Notes under the pieces: generated by a model
Told to the model about the DNA's origin: nothing
Databases searched by the model: none
Seen by the model: only the letters and a program-made list of their open reading frames with translations
Shown: piece by piece, positions 1-8,867 of the stretch
How positions within the stretch are numbered: position 1 is the first letter of the stretch
Layout of the letters: every line of letters begins with the position of its first letter
IMG/VR virus record: IMGVR_UViG_3300044621_000066
Location: 1 to 29,935 of that record
Direction: 5' to 3' (one strand)
Length of the DNA: 29,935 nucleotides
Source: a virus
Taxonomy: Duplodnaviria; Caudoviricetes
Program-made: the position numbers and the translations under genes

Positions 1-321
1 CACAAATAGGACAATACGTATATATTCAAGGAGTAGATTATACAGCAGCGTCTTTAGCGAATGGAGTCACTACGTTAGGTACTGTTTCGCAAGTGGTGAA
101 TATTCCTACTACTCAAAACTTATCACCGACTGACACAATAGAAATTGAAGTAGGTCTTTTTATATTTAATCCTGGTGTTAAAAGGTGGCAAAGTGGAGGC
201 GCACCGGGTGGAGGTACAAACGTTCAAGTAAATCCACAAGTTGACCTTACGACTTTAAAACTTGAGGTTCTACCGAGTGCAAATGTAGTGTCTTATAATG
301 CGGTTGTAGCTGTTAACTCAT
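1..321 (+). repeat. Terminal direct repeat, left copy (circular overlap)
   Basis: Matches 29615-29935 except at positions 128, 267 and 300. Confidence 0.97.
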
Positions 322-1766
322 TCGTCCCATCAAAGATTAAACAAAGCGATTTCGTTAAGTCTATCTTTCAGATGTACAACTTATACGTAGAAATAGACGA
401 AGACCAACCTAATAACCTAATCTTAGAACATAGAGATAATTACTATGATAGTGGAGCGGACAAAGATTGGACTAATAAGTTAGCAAAAGACCGAGAACAA
501 AACCTACAATTTTTACCTGAAGTTACTTCTAAGAAATTACGACTTACTTACAAAGCTGATAAGGATAGTCCTAACACGATATTTACGGATATTACAAACG
601 AGATATACGGACAAATAGAATACACCTTCGATAATGAGTATGTAAGAGATACCGACGTTAAAGAGTTGGTGTTTAGTCCTACACCCATAGTAAGAACTAT
701 TTTCGATGCGTATGTTCCGAATATTGCGGGAGCAGCACCGAAGATTAACATTCGTGTTTTATTAGATGGAGGGGTGTTTAATTGTTTACCTTACGATATA
801 TTTGATATCGAGTTTCCGAACACGCCTTCTTTAAATATAGGCACTACGGGAATAACTACTTACCCGGCGGTTGGACATTTTGATAACCCATTACTACCGA
901 CTTACGACATCAACTTCGGAACGTGTGACTATTACTATTACGAGCCTTCTACGCTAACAAATAACAACCTATATAATTTATATTGGAGAAGAACGATAAA
1001 TCAAATTAACGTCGGTAAAATGCTTACAGCTTACTTTGATTTGAATGAGTTGGATATTCAATCATTAAGGCTAAACGACAAAATAAGAATAGATAATTCG
1101 TGGTGGAATATTAACAAGGTTATTGACTACGACGCAAATAGTACATCTTTAACAAAAGTCGAATTAATAAGCGTTGATAGTGAAATAGAGTTAGTGCCAT
1201 TTCAGACCGCTAACGGAACGCCATTTCAAGACACGATAGTTGCGGTAAGTAGTGAAAGCGTTGTAAGAACACGAACACAACAAAGTAACGTAATCTTAGG
1301 AAACGCAGATGTAAAAGGAAGAGGTAACGTAATAAACCAAAACGTAAAAGCCGTAATAGAGGGTAATGGACAAGCCTTATCGGAAGACGGAATAATAACA
1401 AAAAACCTACAAATAGAAACTATCAACGGGCAAAGCGTAACAACAGCTTTACCTATCTATTCAAAGTACATAGCTTTAATTAGTCAAACAGGAACTAACG
1501 ACCCTACGTTAAACATACTTGAAAATGATTTAGGCGATTTAGTTTTCACTCGTGCTGCCATAGGTAGATATGAAGCTACGTTAACGGGTGCTTTTCCTAC
1601 TCAGGGAAAAGTTTACTTAATGGTTTCAAATAGTCAAGTAGACACTTATTTAAGAATCTTTTGGACTTCTGCAAACACTATCGAAATACGGACACTTGAT
1701 TTCACGAATACGTTAACCGATGGTTTATTAGATTACAATACTTTAGAAATACGTGTCTACCCTTAA
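3..1766 (+). CDS. C-terminal part of large tail (tip/hub) protein that begins at 28609 across the junction (~923 aa total)
   Basis: Frame continuous with the open frame 28609-29935 through the repeat; lies directly before the tape measure gene. Confidence 0.8.
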   Translation, partial: QIGQYVYIQGVDYTAASLANGVTTLGTVSQVVNIPTTQNLSPTDTIEIEVGLFIFNPGVKRWQSGGAPGGGTNVQVNPQVDLTTLKLEVLPSANVVSYNAVVAVNSFVPSKIKQSDFVKSIFQMYNLYVEIDEDQPNNLILEHRDNYYDSGADKDWTNKLAKDREQNLQFLPEVTSKKLRLTYKADKDSPNTIFTDITNEIYGQIEYTFDNEYVRDTDVKELVFSPTPIVRTIFDAYVPNIAGAAPKINIRVLLDGGVFNCLPYDIFDIEFPNTPSLNIGTTGITTYPAVGHFDNPLLPTYDINFGTCDYYYYEPSTLTNNNLYNLYWRRTINQINVGKMLTAYFDLNELDIQSLRLNDKIRIDNSWWNINKVIDYDANSTSLTKVELISVDSEIELVPFQTANGTPFQDTIVAVSSESVVRTRTQQSNVILGNADVKGRGNVINQNVKAVIEGNGQALSEDGIITKNLQIETINGQSVTTALPIYSKYIALISQTGTNDPTLNILENDLGDLVFTRAAIGRYEATLTGAFPTQGKVYLMVSNSQVDTYLRIFWTSANTIEIRTLDFTNTLTDGLLDYNTLEIRVYP

Positions 1767-1769
1767 TTT

Positions 1770-1777
1770 AATATAGT
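1770..1777 (+). promoter_or_regulatory. Putative late promoter core AATATAGT before tape measure gene (upstream AACA element degenerate)
   Basis: Same 8-mer precedes six late genes; ends 2 nt before ATG 1780. Confidence 0.6.
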
Positions 1778-1779
1778 TT

Positions 1780-3810
1780 ATGAATCAAGTAGAAATTCCT
1801 TTAAAAATAACGGGTATAGGCGCAATCAAAAAAGAGTTGCGTGATTTAAAAGGTCAAATAGCAAACGCGACTGACCCTGAACAAATGACCAAACTCGCAC
1901 AAAGAGCGGGTGAATTAGCAGACCAATTAAAAGACGCAAACGAACAAGTAGCAATCTTTAACAGTGGTTCAAGATTTGAAGCTGCGTCAAATGCTTTCGG
2001 AATGATTAAACAAGACTTAATGTCTTTAGATTTCGAAGGTGCTGCTCAAAAGGCTAAAGTATTTCAAACTGCTATGGCGGGAATTAGTGGTAAGGATATT
2101 TCAGGTGCATTTAAAGGATTGATAAGTACTGTTACAACGTTAGGACAAACGTTTGTAAGGTTTGGAGTTATGTTATTAACTAACCCTATTTTCTTACTTG
2201 TAGCGGTTATAGGTGCTATCGTTGCGGGTGTAGTTATCTTCTTGAATAAGATAGGTCTTTTAAGCAAAGCCTTTGATGTTTTAATGATACCTGTAAACGC
2301 AGCTATTCAAGGTTTTAAAGATATGACCGATTGGTTAGGATTAACTGACCACGCTGGTGAAGAAGCTGCTAAGAATGAACAAGCGAGATTAGAGAAGTTA
2401 CAAGCAGCATACGAACAGAAAACATTAGAGCAACAAGAATTTGCAGCAAATGTAAAGAAGGCTTATGAGTTAGATAAAACTTTTGCTGAATCGGAAATAA
2501 CTCTTTTAGATTCTCAAGGTAAAAGTTCTATTGCATTACGTAAAGAACAAGCACTTTTAGAAGTTCAAAACGCTAAGAAATTACTTCAACAAAAACAGGA
2601 AGCATCGCAAGTTCTTGGTATGAATGACGCGTATTCTCAAAGATTAGGAATAGATAAAAGATTAAACAAAAGCAATCAAGAGATATTAGAAGCGCAAACG
2701 GCTTTAAATCTTGCACAAGCTAATTTAAATAAAGTAGTACAAGACGGAACTGATAAATACAAAGAATATCAAAAAGCGCGTTTAGATGCTGCTCGTTTAA
2801 TTAAAGACTTAGAATTAGAGTTAGTTAAAGATGCTACTGAAAGAGAATTAAGACAAAATAAAGTTAAATATGATAGGTTAATAGCAGACCTAAAAACTAA
2901 CGAAAAGCTAACAGCAGACGAAAGAAAAAAACTAAAAGATTTTTATTTAAAATTACAAGAAGAAGAAGATAAGAAAATTCAAAAGAAAGCTAAGGATGAC
3001 CAACTAAAACGTGCTACTGAGTTATCGGATGAATTAGCACTTAGAGATAAAGAAAGAAGAGAAAGAGAAGAAGCGGGTTTATTACAAGACGCACAAAAAA
3101 GAATAGAGGCGAGAAATTTAGTAAAAGGCATAACGCAAACTGAAAACGAAAAAGAAATAGAAGCCTTAAAATTACAATTTGAGGAAAGGTTAGCAGTAGT
3201 AAAAGGTAACCTGGAACAAGAAGCAATAGTTCGACAAGATTACGCTAATAAGATTAGACTTAACGAAATCGCTGAAGCTGAAAAAAGACGCGAAGCGATA
3301 CTAAGTTTAGCGACTACTACAAACGAAGGATTAAATCAGTTAGGTCAATTATTTATAAACGACCAAAAGAAATTAGAGCAGTTTCAAAAAGCTACGGCTT
3401 TAGTACAAATAGGTATTGATACGGCTAAGGCTATTTCTTCTCTCGTTGCTGCTGCACAAGCTAACCCATTTAACGGAGTTTCTGCGGGTGCTGCGGGTAT
3501 TGCACAATTCGCTACGGGAATAGTTCAGATTTTGACGAATATGGCTAAAGCTAAACAACTACTTACCAACCCTACTTCTTCACCAAATGCTGGTGCTGGT
3601 GGTTTGTCAGGTGGTGGTAGTGCTACGGCTACGGCACAAGCTACACCCGCTGTAAATCTATTCGGTCAAGGTAATCAACTTAATCAAGTTGGTTCTCCTA
3701 CAAGCGTAGAATCTAATCAAAATATAACAGTACAAGCTGTAGTAAGTGAAACCGATGTTACGACTACACAAACGAAAATCGATAAAATAAAAAAGAACGC
3801 TGAGTTATGA
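1780..3810 (+). CDS. Tail tape measure protein
   Basis: 676 aa, Ala/Lys/Glu/Gln-rich coiled coil with hydrophobic segment (LLTNPIFLLVAVIGAIVAGVVIFL); sits among tail genes. Confidence 0.85.
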   Translation: MNQVEIPLKITGIGAIKKELRDLKGQIANATDPEQMTKLAQRAGELADQLKDANEQVAIFNSGSRFEAASNAFGMIKQDLMSLDFEGAAQKAKVFQTAMAGISGKDISGAFKGLISTVTTLGQTFVRFGVMLLTNPIFLLVAVIGAIVAGVVIFLNKIGLLSKAFDVLMIPVNAAIQGFKDMTDWLGLTDHAGEEAAKNEQARLEKLQAAYEQKTLEQQEFAANVKKAYELDKTFAESEITLLDSQGKSSIALRKEQALLEVQNAKKLLQQKQEASQVLGMNDAYSQRLGIDKRLNKSNQEILEAQTALNLAQANLNKVVQDGTDKYKEYQKARLDAARLIKDLELELVKDATERELRQNKVKYDRLIADLKTNEKLTADERKKLKDFYLKLQEEEDKKIQKKAKDDQLKRATELSDELALRDKERREREEAGLLQDAQKRIEARNLVKGITQTENEKEIEALKLQFEERLAVVKGNLEQEAIVRQDYANKIRLNEIAEAEKRREAILSLATTTNEGLNQLGQLFINDQKKLEQFQKATALVQIGIDTAKAISSLVAAAQANPFNGVSAGAAGIAQFATGIVQILTNMAKAKQLLTNPTSSPNAGAGGLSGGGSATATAQATPAVNLFGQGNQLNQVGSPTSVESNQNITVQAVVSETDVTTTQTKIDKIKKNAEL

Positions 3811-4250
3811 CAAGTTATCAAGCCTTAATAAATAAGATAGAAGCATTTTACAATACACACCTACAAGTTAAAAAAGTAGGTAGTGACTTCAAGGAGCAGT
3901 TGTTTAATTTTGCTACGAAAGACGAAAAATATCCGATTATCTATGTTGTTCCTGTCGGTAGTACACCAACCGAAAACACGAATATCTTTAGTTTAGAAAT
4001 TTATTGCTTTGATATTATACAAAAAGACCGAGCAAATATTAACGTAATACTTTCGGATTGCAATCAAATCTTAGTAGACTTAGTGAATTATTTTAGGTTT
4101 TCGAATGACTATGATTTCGATATCGTTGCAGACCCTATATTTACACCTTTAAACAATGACTTGTTAGATTATGCTGCGGGATGGTTAATGACTTTAGATG
4201 TAGACGTATCGAATTGGACGGATTGCCAAGTGCCATTACAAGGCGAGTAA
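3807..4250 (+). CDS. Putative tail completion/terminator-like virion protein
   Basis: 147 aa, ATGA-coupled to TMP; size and YPxxxV...DxxAGW pattern resemble tail terminators. Confidence 0.5.
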   Translation: MTSYQALINKIEAFYNTHLQVKKVGSDFKEQLFNFATKDEKYPIIYVVPVGSTPTENTNIFSLEIYCFDIIQKDRANINVILSDCNQILVDLVNYFRFSNDYDFDIVADPIFTPLNNDLLDYAAGWLMTLDVDVSNWTDCQVPLQGE

Positions 4251-4277
4251 CAAAACACGAATTTAAAATAATATAGT
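4249..4277 (+). promoter_or_regulatory. Putative late promoter AACA-N17-AATATAGT
   Basis: Bipartite motif with 17 nt spacer, ends 2 nt before ATG 4280. Confidence 0.7.
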
Positions 4278-4279
4278 TA

Positions 4280-5020
4280 ATGGCAAGAGCAAAGATTTCA
4301 CAACTTGACCCTAAAGGTGCTGACTTATCTTCTACTGATTTATTCGAAGTTAGTGTAAATACGGGTAGTGGATACGACACTTATTCTATTACGGGACAAG
4401 AAATTATAAACGGAGGTAGTGGTATTTATGTTCCTTACACGGGTGCAACTCAAGACGTAGACTTAGACGCTAACAAACTTAGTGCGGAATCGGTTTACAT
4501 TGAAGGAACTAACGGAGCGGGACACTTGCACCTTAAACACCAAAACGCTGACGCTACTGCTACGGGGCAATCTACGGCTTTATTTGCTGACGTTAACGGA
4601 GATATCAAATACAAGAACGATAATGATTATTACACTACGCTAAAAACGTCTTTAAACACAGCGGATAGAGTTTATACGTTTCCTGACGTTTCAGGGGTTG
4701 TAGCTTTACAAGAAATTGTTTTCGATAAAAAAGCGACATCTTACACGTTGGTTTTAGGCGATGCCTACGAATTAATAGAAATGGAGGTTTCAAGTGCTAA
4801 CACGTTGACTATACCTACAAATGCGAGTGTACCTTTTCCTTTAGGAACTCAAATTTTAGTAAGTCAATTAGGCACGGGACAAACAACAATAACACCAGCT
4901 GTAGGCGTAACGATACGTTCAAGCGGTGGTAAAACTAAAACGGCTGCTCAGTATTCAATGTGTACCTTGATAAAAAGAGGGACAGACGAGTGGTATTTAA
5001 GCGGAGATATAACAACTTAA
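4280..5020 (+). CDS. Tail fibre/virion structural protein
   Basis: 246 aa Thr/Gly/Ser-rich; YVPYTGATQDVDL and C-terminal ...TLTIPTNASVPFPLGTQI...WYLSGD segments resemble fibre modules. Confidence 0.6.
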   Translation: MARAKISQLDPKGADLSSTDLFEVSVNTGSGYDTYSITGQEIINGGSGIYVPYTGATQDVDLDANKLSAESVYIEGTNGAGHLHLKHQNADATATGQSTALFADVNGDIKYKNDNDYYTTLKTSLNTADRVYTFPDVSGVVALQEIVFDKKATSYTLVLGDAYELIEMEVSSANTLTIPTNASVPFPLGTQILVSQLGTGQTTITPAVGVTIRSSGGKTKTAAQYSMCTLIKRGTDEWYLSGDITT

Positions 5021-5030
5021 TAAAAGACGA

Positions 5031-5303
5031 ATGGCAACAAATTTAATGGGCGAATTAGTAGCGAATAACGGAACATTCATACTAAACAACACAACTGAGT
5101 ACACGGGTAGTATAGACGCTATTGTAGTTCTTGAAGATACTGTTTTCAATGCGGTAAGAATCGCGGGTGTAGACGTTAAAACAAACTACATAGGAACACC
5201 GGCTACAGCGGTGAAAGCGGGTGCTATCTTAACACCTACAGCAGACCAAAAGTTTAGCGGTGTAGATTTAACTTCAGGAAGTGTCGCACTTGTATTAGCT
5301 TAA
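5031..5303 (+). CDS. Small virion protein, hypothetical
   Basis: 90 aa beta-rich ORF within structural operon. Confidence 0.6.
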   Translation: MATNLMGELVANNGTFILNNTTEYTGSIDAIVVLEDTVFNAVRIAGVDVKTNYIGTPATAVKAGAILTPTADQKFSGVDLTSGSVALVLA

Positions 5304-5305
5304 TT

Positions 5306-6883
5306 ATGTATGGATACGGAAATAGTATGTTCTTAGCAACACACGGAATATTAGCGAGGACTGCATCAGGAGGAGGAGTTGACCCCGATGCACAAGCATT
5401 CATAACAGCAGCTTCAATAACAGACCCTACTCAACAAAGTGCTATTAATCAATTAGTAGTTGACTTAAAAGGGTATTCTATTTGGAGTAAAATGTCTGCA
5501 ATCTATCCTTTTTGTGGAGGTTCTGCGAGTAGTCATAAATTCAATCTCAAAGACCCACGCGACTTAGATGCAGCGTTTAGACTTGTATTCAGTGGAGGCG
5601 TTACGCATTCTTCAACAGGTGCTACATTTAACGGAACTAATGGTTTTGCTGATACCAAACTTGCATCTAATGGAGTTTTAGCACAAAATTCAACACATTT
5701 TTCTGCATATTCACGAACTAATAATCAAAGCGGTGGTTATATAGTAGCAAATGGGAATGCTGGAGCATCAGGAGAATGTAAAATAAATGCCCGTTGGTTT
5801 GATAATAATTGTTATTCAGGAGTAAACACATTCGGTCAAGTACCAACAGCAAATAGTGATTCAAGAGGATATTTTATAGTAAATAGAATTTCAGCAACTC
5901 AACACTCAGTTGTTATTAGAGGAACGAAAACAGACTTTAATACCAATTCAAGTGGATTAAATACAAACACATTTAGGATATGTTCAGCAATTAGCACAGC
6001 ATACGATAATAAAGAAGTAGCATTTGCAAGTATAGGAGATGGTTTAAGCAATACTGAATTAAGCAATTTAAACACAGCAGTACAAGCATTTCAAACTACT
6101 CTTGGACGTAGTATAGGCACACAAACAGTAAGTGATGCTGATGCACAAGCATTTGTAACTAACGCAGGTATAGTTGACCAAGTAGAAGCTAACGCAATAA
6201 ACAACTTAGTAATAGGATTAAAAGCTGATAGCTTGTGGACTAAGATGAAAGCGGTATACCCGTTTGTTGGTTCGTCTTCAAGTAGCACATCTTATAACCT
6301 TAAAAACACCGCACAATATCAAATTACTTGGAATGGTGGTTGGACTTGGAATGCAAATGGAGTTACAGGTAATGGTGTTAATGGATGGGGTAACACAGGA
6401 TTAGTTCCTAATTCGGCTTTAACATTAAATTCAACGCATCAATCTTTGTATATTAGAAACACAGGTAATTTAGGTGTTGATGACTTTGGTTCTGCTACAA
6501 ATGGAACAACTTCTTTAATGAGAATGATTGTAAAAAATAGTGGAACAAACGACCATTTTATAGACCATTATGCAGTAGCTCAAAGAATTACAGGAACAGT
6601 TGCTGACTCAACAGGATTCTTTGTTGTATCAAGGGAAAATTCAACTTCTTTAAAATCAAAAAGAAATGATGTTTCTTTGGGTACAAATACAAACTCTAAC
6701 ACAGGAACATTGCCAACCCATGCGCTATATTTAGGAGCATTAAATAATATTGGAACAGCAGTTAATTACACAGCAAGAAATTATGCTTTTGCAAGTGCTG
6801 GAGATGGTTTATCTGATACTGATATGACTAATTTAAGAAATAGAGTGGTTACATTCCAAACCGCATTAAATAGAAATATATGA
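5306..6883 (+). CDS. Putative receptor-binding/lectin-like (ConA/LamG-like) virion protein with two tandem ~250 aa domains
   Basis: DPDAQAFITAA...IYPF and DADAQAFVTNA...VYPF repeats 251 aa apart, each ending FQTxLxR; Gly/Asn/Ser/Thr-rich. Confidence 0.6.
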   Translation: MYGYGNSMFLATHGILARTASGGGVDPDAQAFITAASITDPTQQSAINQLVVDLKGYSIWSKMSAIYPFCGGSASSHKFNLKDPRDLDAAFRLVFSGGVTHSSTGATFNGTNGFADTKLASNGVLAQNSTHFSAYSRTNNQSGGYIVANGNAGASGECKINARWFDNNCYSGVNTFGQVPTANSDSRGYFIVNRISATQHSVVIRGTKTDFNTNSSGLNTNTFRICSAISTAYDNKEVAFASIGDGLSNTELSNLNTAVQAFQTTLGRSIGTQTVSDADAQAFVTNAGIVDQVEANAINNLVIGLKADSLWTKMKAVYPFVGSSSSSTSYNLKNTAQYQITWNGGWTWNANGVTGNGVNGWGNTGLVPNSALTLNSTHQSLYIRNTGNLGVDDFGSATNGTTSLMRMIVKNSGTNDHFIDHYAVAQRITGTVADSTGFFVVSRENSTSLKSKRNDVSLGTNTNSNTGTLPTHALYLGALNNIGTAVNYTARNYAFASAGDGLSDTDMTNLRNRVVTFQTALNRNI

Positions 6884-7131
6884 AACTAACAGATTTAACA
6901 ACAGAACAAAAGTTAACCTATGTCGGACTATTGACAGAGGTACAAAAAGACGAATTAGTCGGACAATGGTATGCACCTGATTCTTATTTTAACCCAATTT
7001 TGAACCTTACAGACCAATGGGTTATATCAGTTGAGGAAATGGAGCAGTGTGTTAATCCTGACTTTATGTGGGTTAAAGACATTGACTTAATTCCTTACGA
7101 GCCTCAACCAACACCACCACCTTTTGAATAA
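6880..7131 (+). CDS. Hypothetical protein (possible fibre-associated chaperone)
   Basis: 83 aa acidic ORF, ATGA-coupled to the upstream gene. Confidence 0.6.
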   Translation: MKLTDLTTEQKLTYVGLLTEVQKDELVGQWYAPDSYFNPILNLTDQWVISVEEMEQCVNPDFMWVKDIDLIPYEPQPTPPPFE

Positions 7132-7577
7132 TGGCAAGGTACGCAAATAACGGAATATTCTACGTCAAGTATAAGACGCGTGTAAAGATTCAAAAATTAC
7201 TACAATCTTTGATTCGTGAATACGATGCTATTGACACGGGTGCTTTGTACGAGTCAGTTCGTATAAACGCAGAAATACCCGCTTTAGGAGAGTTGAATAT
7301 TCAGATTAACGCGATGTATTACTTTGGATTCTTAAACAACGGAGCGAACTTATGGAATGGCGGAGTAATAGCGTCTTATGATTTCTGCGCTAAGTTAACC
7401 GACTTAATGAATAGTAGCGGTGTAAGTGCTGAGATATTCGACCAATACACCGAGTGGATGACGCAACGTTATCCTTTGCTACAAGTAGCTACTATCTTAG
7501 GAGAAAAGCGAAGTATAATCTACTCGTTTAATCCTATCGGTGGGGAGTTCTTAGGAGCGTTATCTTTTAAAGGTTAA
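7131..7577 (+). CDS. Putative neck/tail component (HK97 gp10-like)
   Basis: DTGALYESV resembles the DTGxLxxS motif of HK97-gp10-like proteins. Confidence 0.45.
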   Translation: MARYANNGIFYVKYKTRVKIQKLLQSLIREYDAIDTGALYESVRINAEIPALGELNIQINAMYYFGFLNNGANLWNGGVIASYDFCAKLTDLMNSSGVSAEIFDQYTEWMTQRYPLLQVATILGEKRSIIYSFNPIGGEFLGALSFKG

Positions 7578-8304
7578 GTTCCTTTTTCATAGACAACATA
7601 TTAAATACAAAGATTAACGACAAATCGGAGGCTTGACTTATCTTAGTCAGGTCTTCGTTGCATATAGAGTACAGTAATCTTTCCCACGACCATTTTTTAA
7701 TCTTTTGTTCTTCTTGAATTTCTTTCTTTTCTTCGGGTGTTAGGTCTTTAGTGTCTTCTTCGGTTTCTTCTTCTTCGAATTCGGGTTCGAAAAGGTTAGC
7801 GTAAGTCTTCATAAAGTTATCTCTAAAAGACAAGTATTCAGGAATGATTCCGTAAATGTGTGGTATTGGTATTTCGTCGAATAGATACGCCCTATCAAAA
7901 GGCGAATAAGTATAAGGCTCGTAAATGGTTTCTTTCCATTCGTTCTTCTTCGTCTTTTTGTAACATATAGCAGCTATCTCTGAAATGTTTTCTATGTAGT
8001 CTTTACTAAAGAAATACTCTATATCTATAAACTCCCCTAAAGTTAGCTTATTAAACCCCTTAAAATGCATCTTAGCTACTTCTAATTTATACTTCTTCGG
8101 TGGTTCTGAGTTTATCCACTTGACTTGGTTCATAAAACCTTGAATTTCGTCTACGTCGTAGTCTTCTAAGTCTTCAGATGCTAAGTCAGTAAGCGTAGCT
8201 AAGGCTTCTATTTCTCGTGAAAATAGTTCGGGTATGTCTTTTAGTGTACGAAGTTCTTTAAATTGAAGAACGTCAATATCATTCCACGACTTCGGCAGTA
8301 GCAT
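7567..8304 (-). CDS. Hypothetical protein, paralog of 8279-8824 with C-terminal extension; possible tail assembly chaperone
   Basis: 245 aa acidic ORF; aligns by eye to the neighbouring minus-strand gene. Confidence 0.7.
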   Translation of the reverse strand: MLLPKSWNDIDVLQFKELRTLKDIPELFSREIEALATLTDLASEDLEDYDVDEIQGFMNQVKWINSEPPKKYKLEVAKMHFKGFNKLTLGEFIDIEYFFSKDYIENISEIAAICYKKTKKNEWKETIYEPYTYSPFDRAYLFDEIPIPHIYGIIPEYLSFRDNFMKTYANLFEPEFEEEETEEDTKDLTPEEKKEIQEEQKIKKWSWERLLYSICNEDLTKISQASDLSLIFVFNMLSMKKELNL

Positions 8305-8824
8305 TTTCTATTTGTTTAGAGAATTTTTGTCCTATATGCACTAAATAAGGAACTGCTAACTCAGCTTTTTGTTCTCTAAATAACTTTGCTTTGTGTTTGA
8401 TATGCGCTTTGTCGTAGTGTTCGACTTTCGATAAGTCAGTTCTTTTAAATAATACAGCAACGAGTTCACTTAAATAACCTTTGTGTTTAGAGTTAATTAT
8501 TTTCTCGATTACTTTCATATCTTTTACCGATAGCTTAAACTCTTCTTCGTAGGCTTTGTATGTATATCCGTCTATTTCTACTTCTTTAATTATTGAAGCG
8601 TCCGTCTTTTGGTTAAATTCCTGTACGTATTTCTTGAATGTTTCAAAGTCTACGTCGGCTTCCACCATTTCGTCTTCACTTACTCCTAAAAGTTCAAATA
8701 CTTTGATATGTTTTTCAATTATATCTAAAGACGAATCATTATGTATCTCCGTAATGTCTTCAAATTGTTGAATAGTTAACTCATTTAACTGATTCGGAAT
8801 CTCTTTTCCTAAAATTTCTATCAT
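8279..8824 (-). CDS. Hypothetical protein, possible tail assembly chaperone (likely start 8824, MIEILGKEIP)
   Basis: ATG at 8824 follows an A-rich leader and a TATATTTG element; the longer track start at 8866 overlaps the promoter. Confidence 0.7.
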   Translation of the reverse strand: MIEILGKEIPNQLNELTIQQFEDITEIHNDSSLDIIEKHIKVFELLGVSEDEMVEADVDFETFKKYVQEFNQKTDASIIKEVEIDGYTYKAYEEEFKLSVKDMKVIEKIINSKHKGYLSELVAVLFKRTDLSKVEHYDKAHIKHKAKLFREQKAELAVPYLVHIGQKFSKQIENATAEVVE

Positions 8825-8833
8825 AATTTTTTT

Positions 8834-8862
8834 AACAAATATAATACTCTTTTTAATATAGT
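8834..8862 (+). promoter_or_regulatory. Putative late promoter AACA-N17-AATATAGT for protease/capsid operon
   Basis: Bipartite motif, ends 5 nt before ATG 8868. Confidence 0.7.
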
Positions 8863-8867
8863 ACAAA
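8836..8867 (-). promoter_or_regulatory. Bacteroidota-type housekeeping promoter TTTG-N20-TATATTTG for the minus-strand operon
   Basis: Matches -33 TTTG / -7 TAnnTTTG consensus, 11 nt upstream of ATG 8824. Confidence 0.65.

Noticed and set aside
1-321. Diversity-generating retroelement TR/VR pair or true physical terminal repeats
   Set aside because: No reverse transcriptase, mismatches are not adenine-specific, and the repeat cuts through one ORF, as expected for assembly overlap
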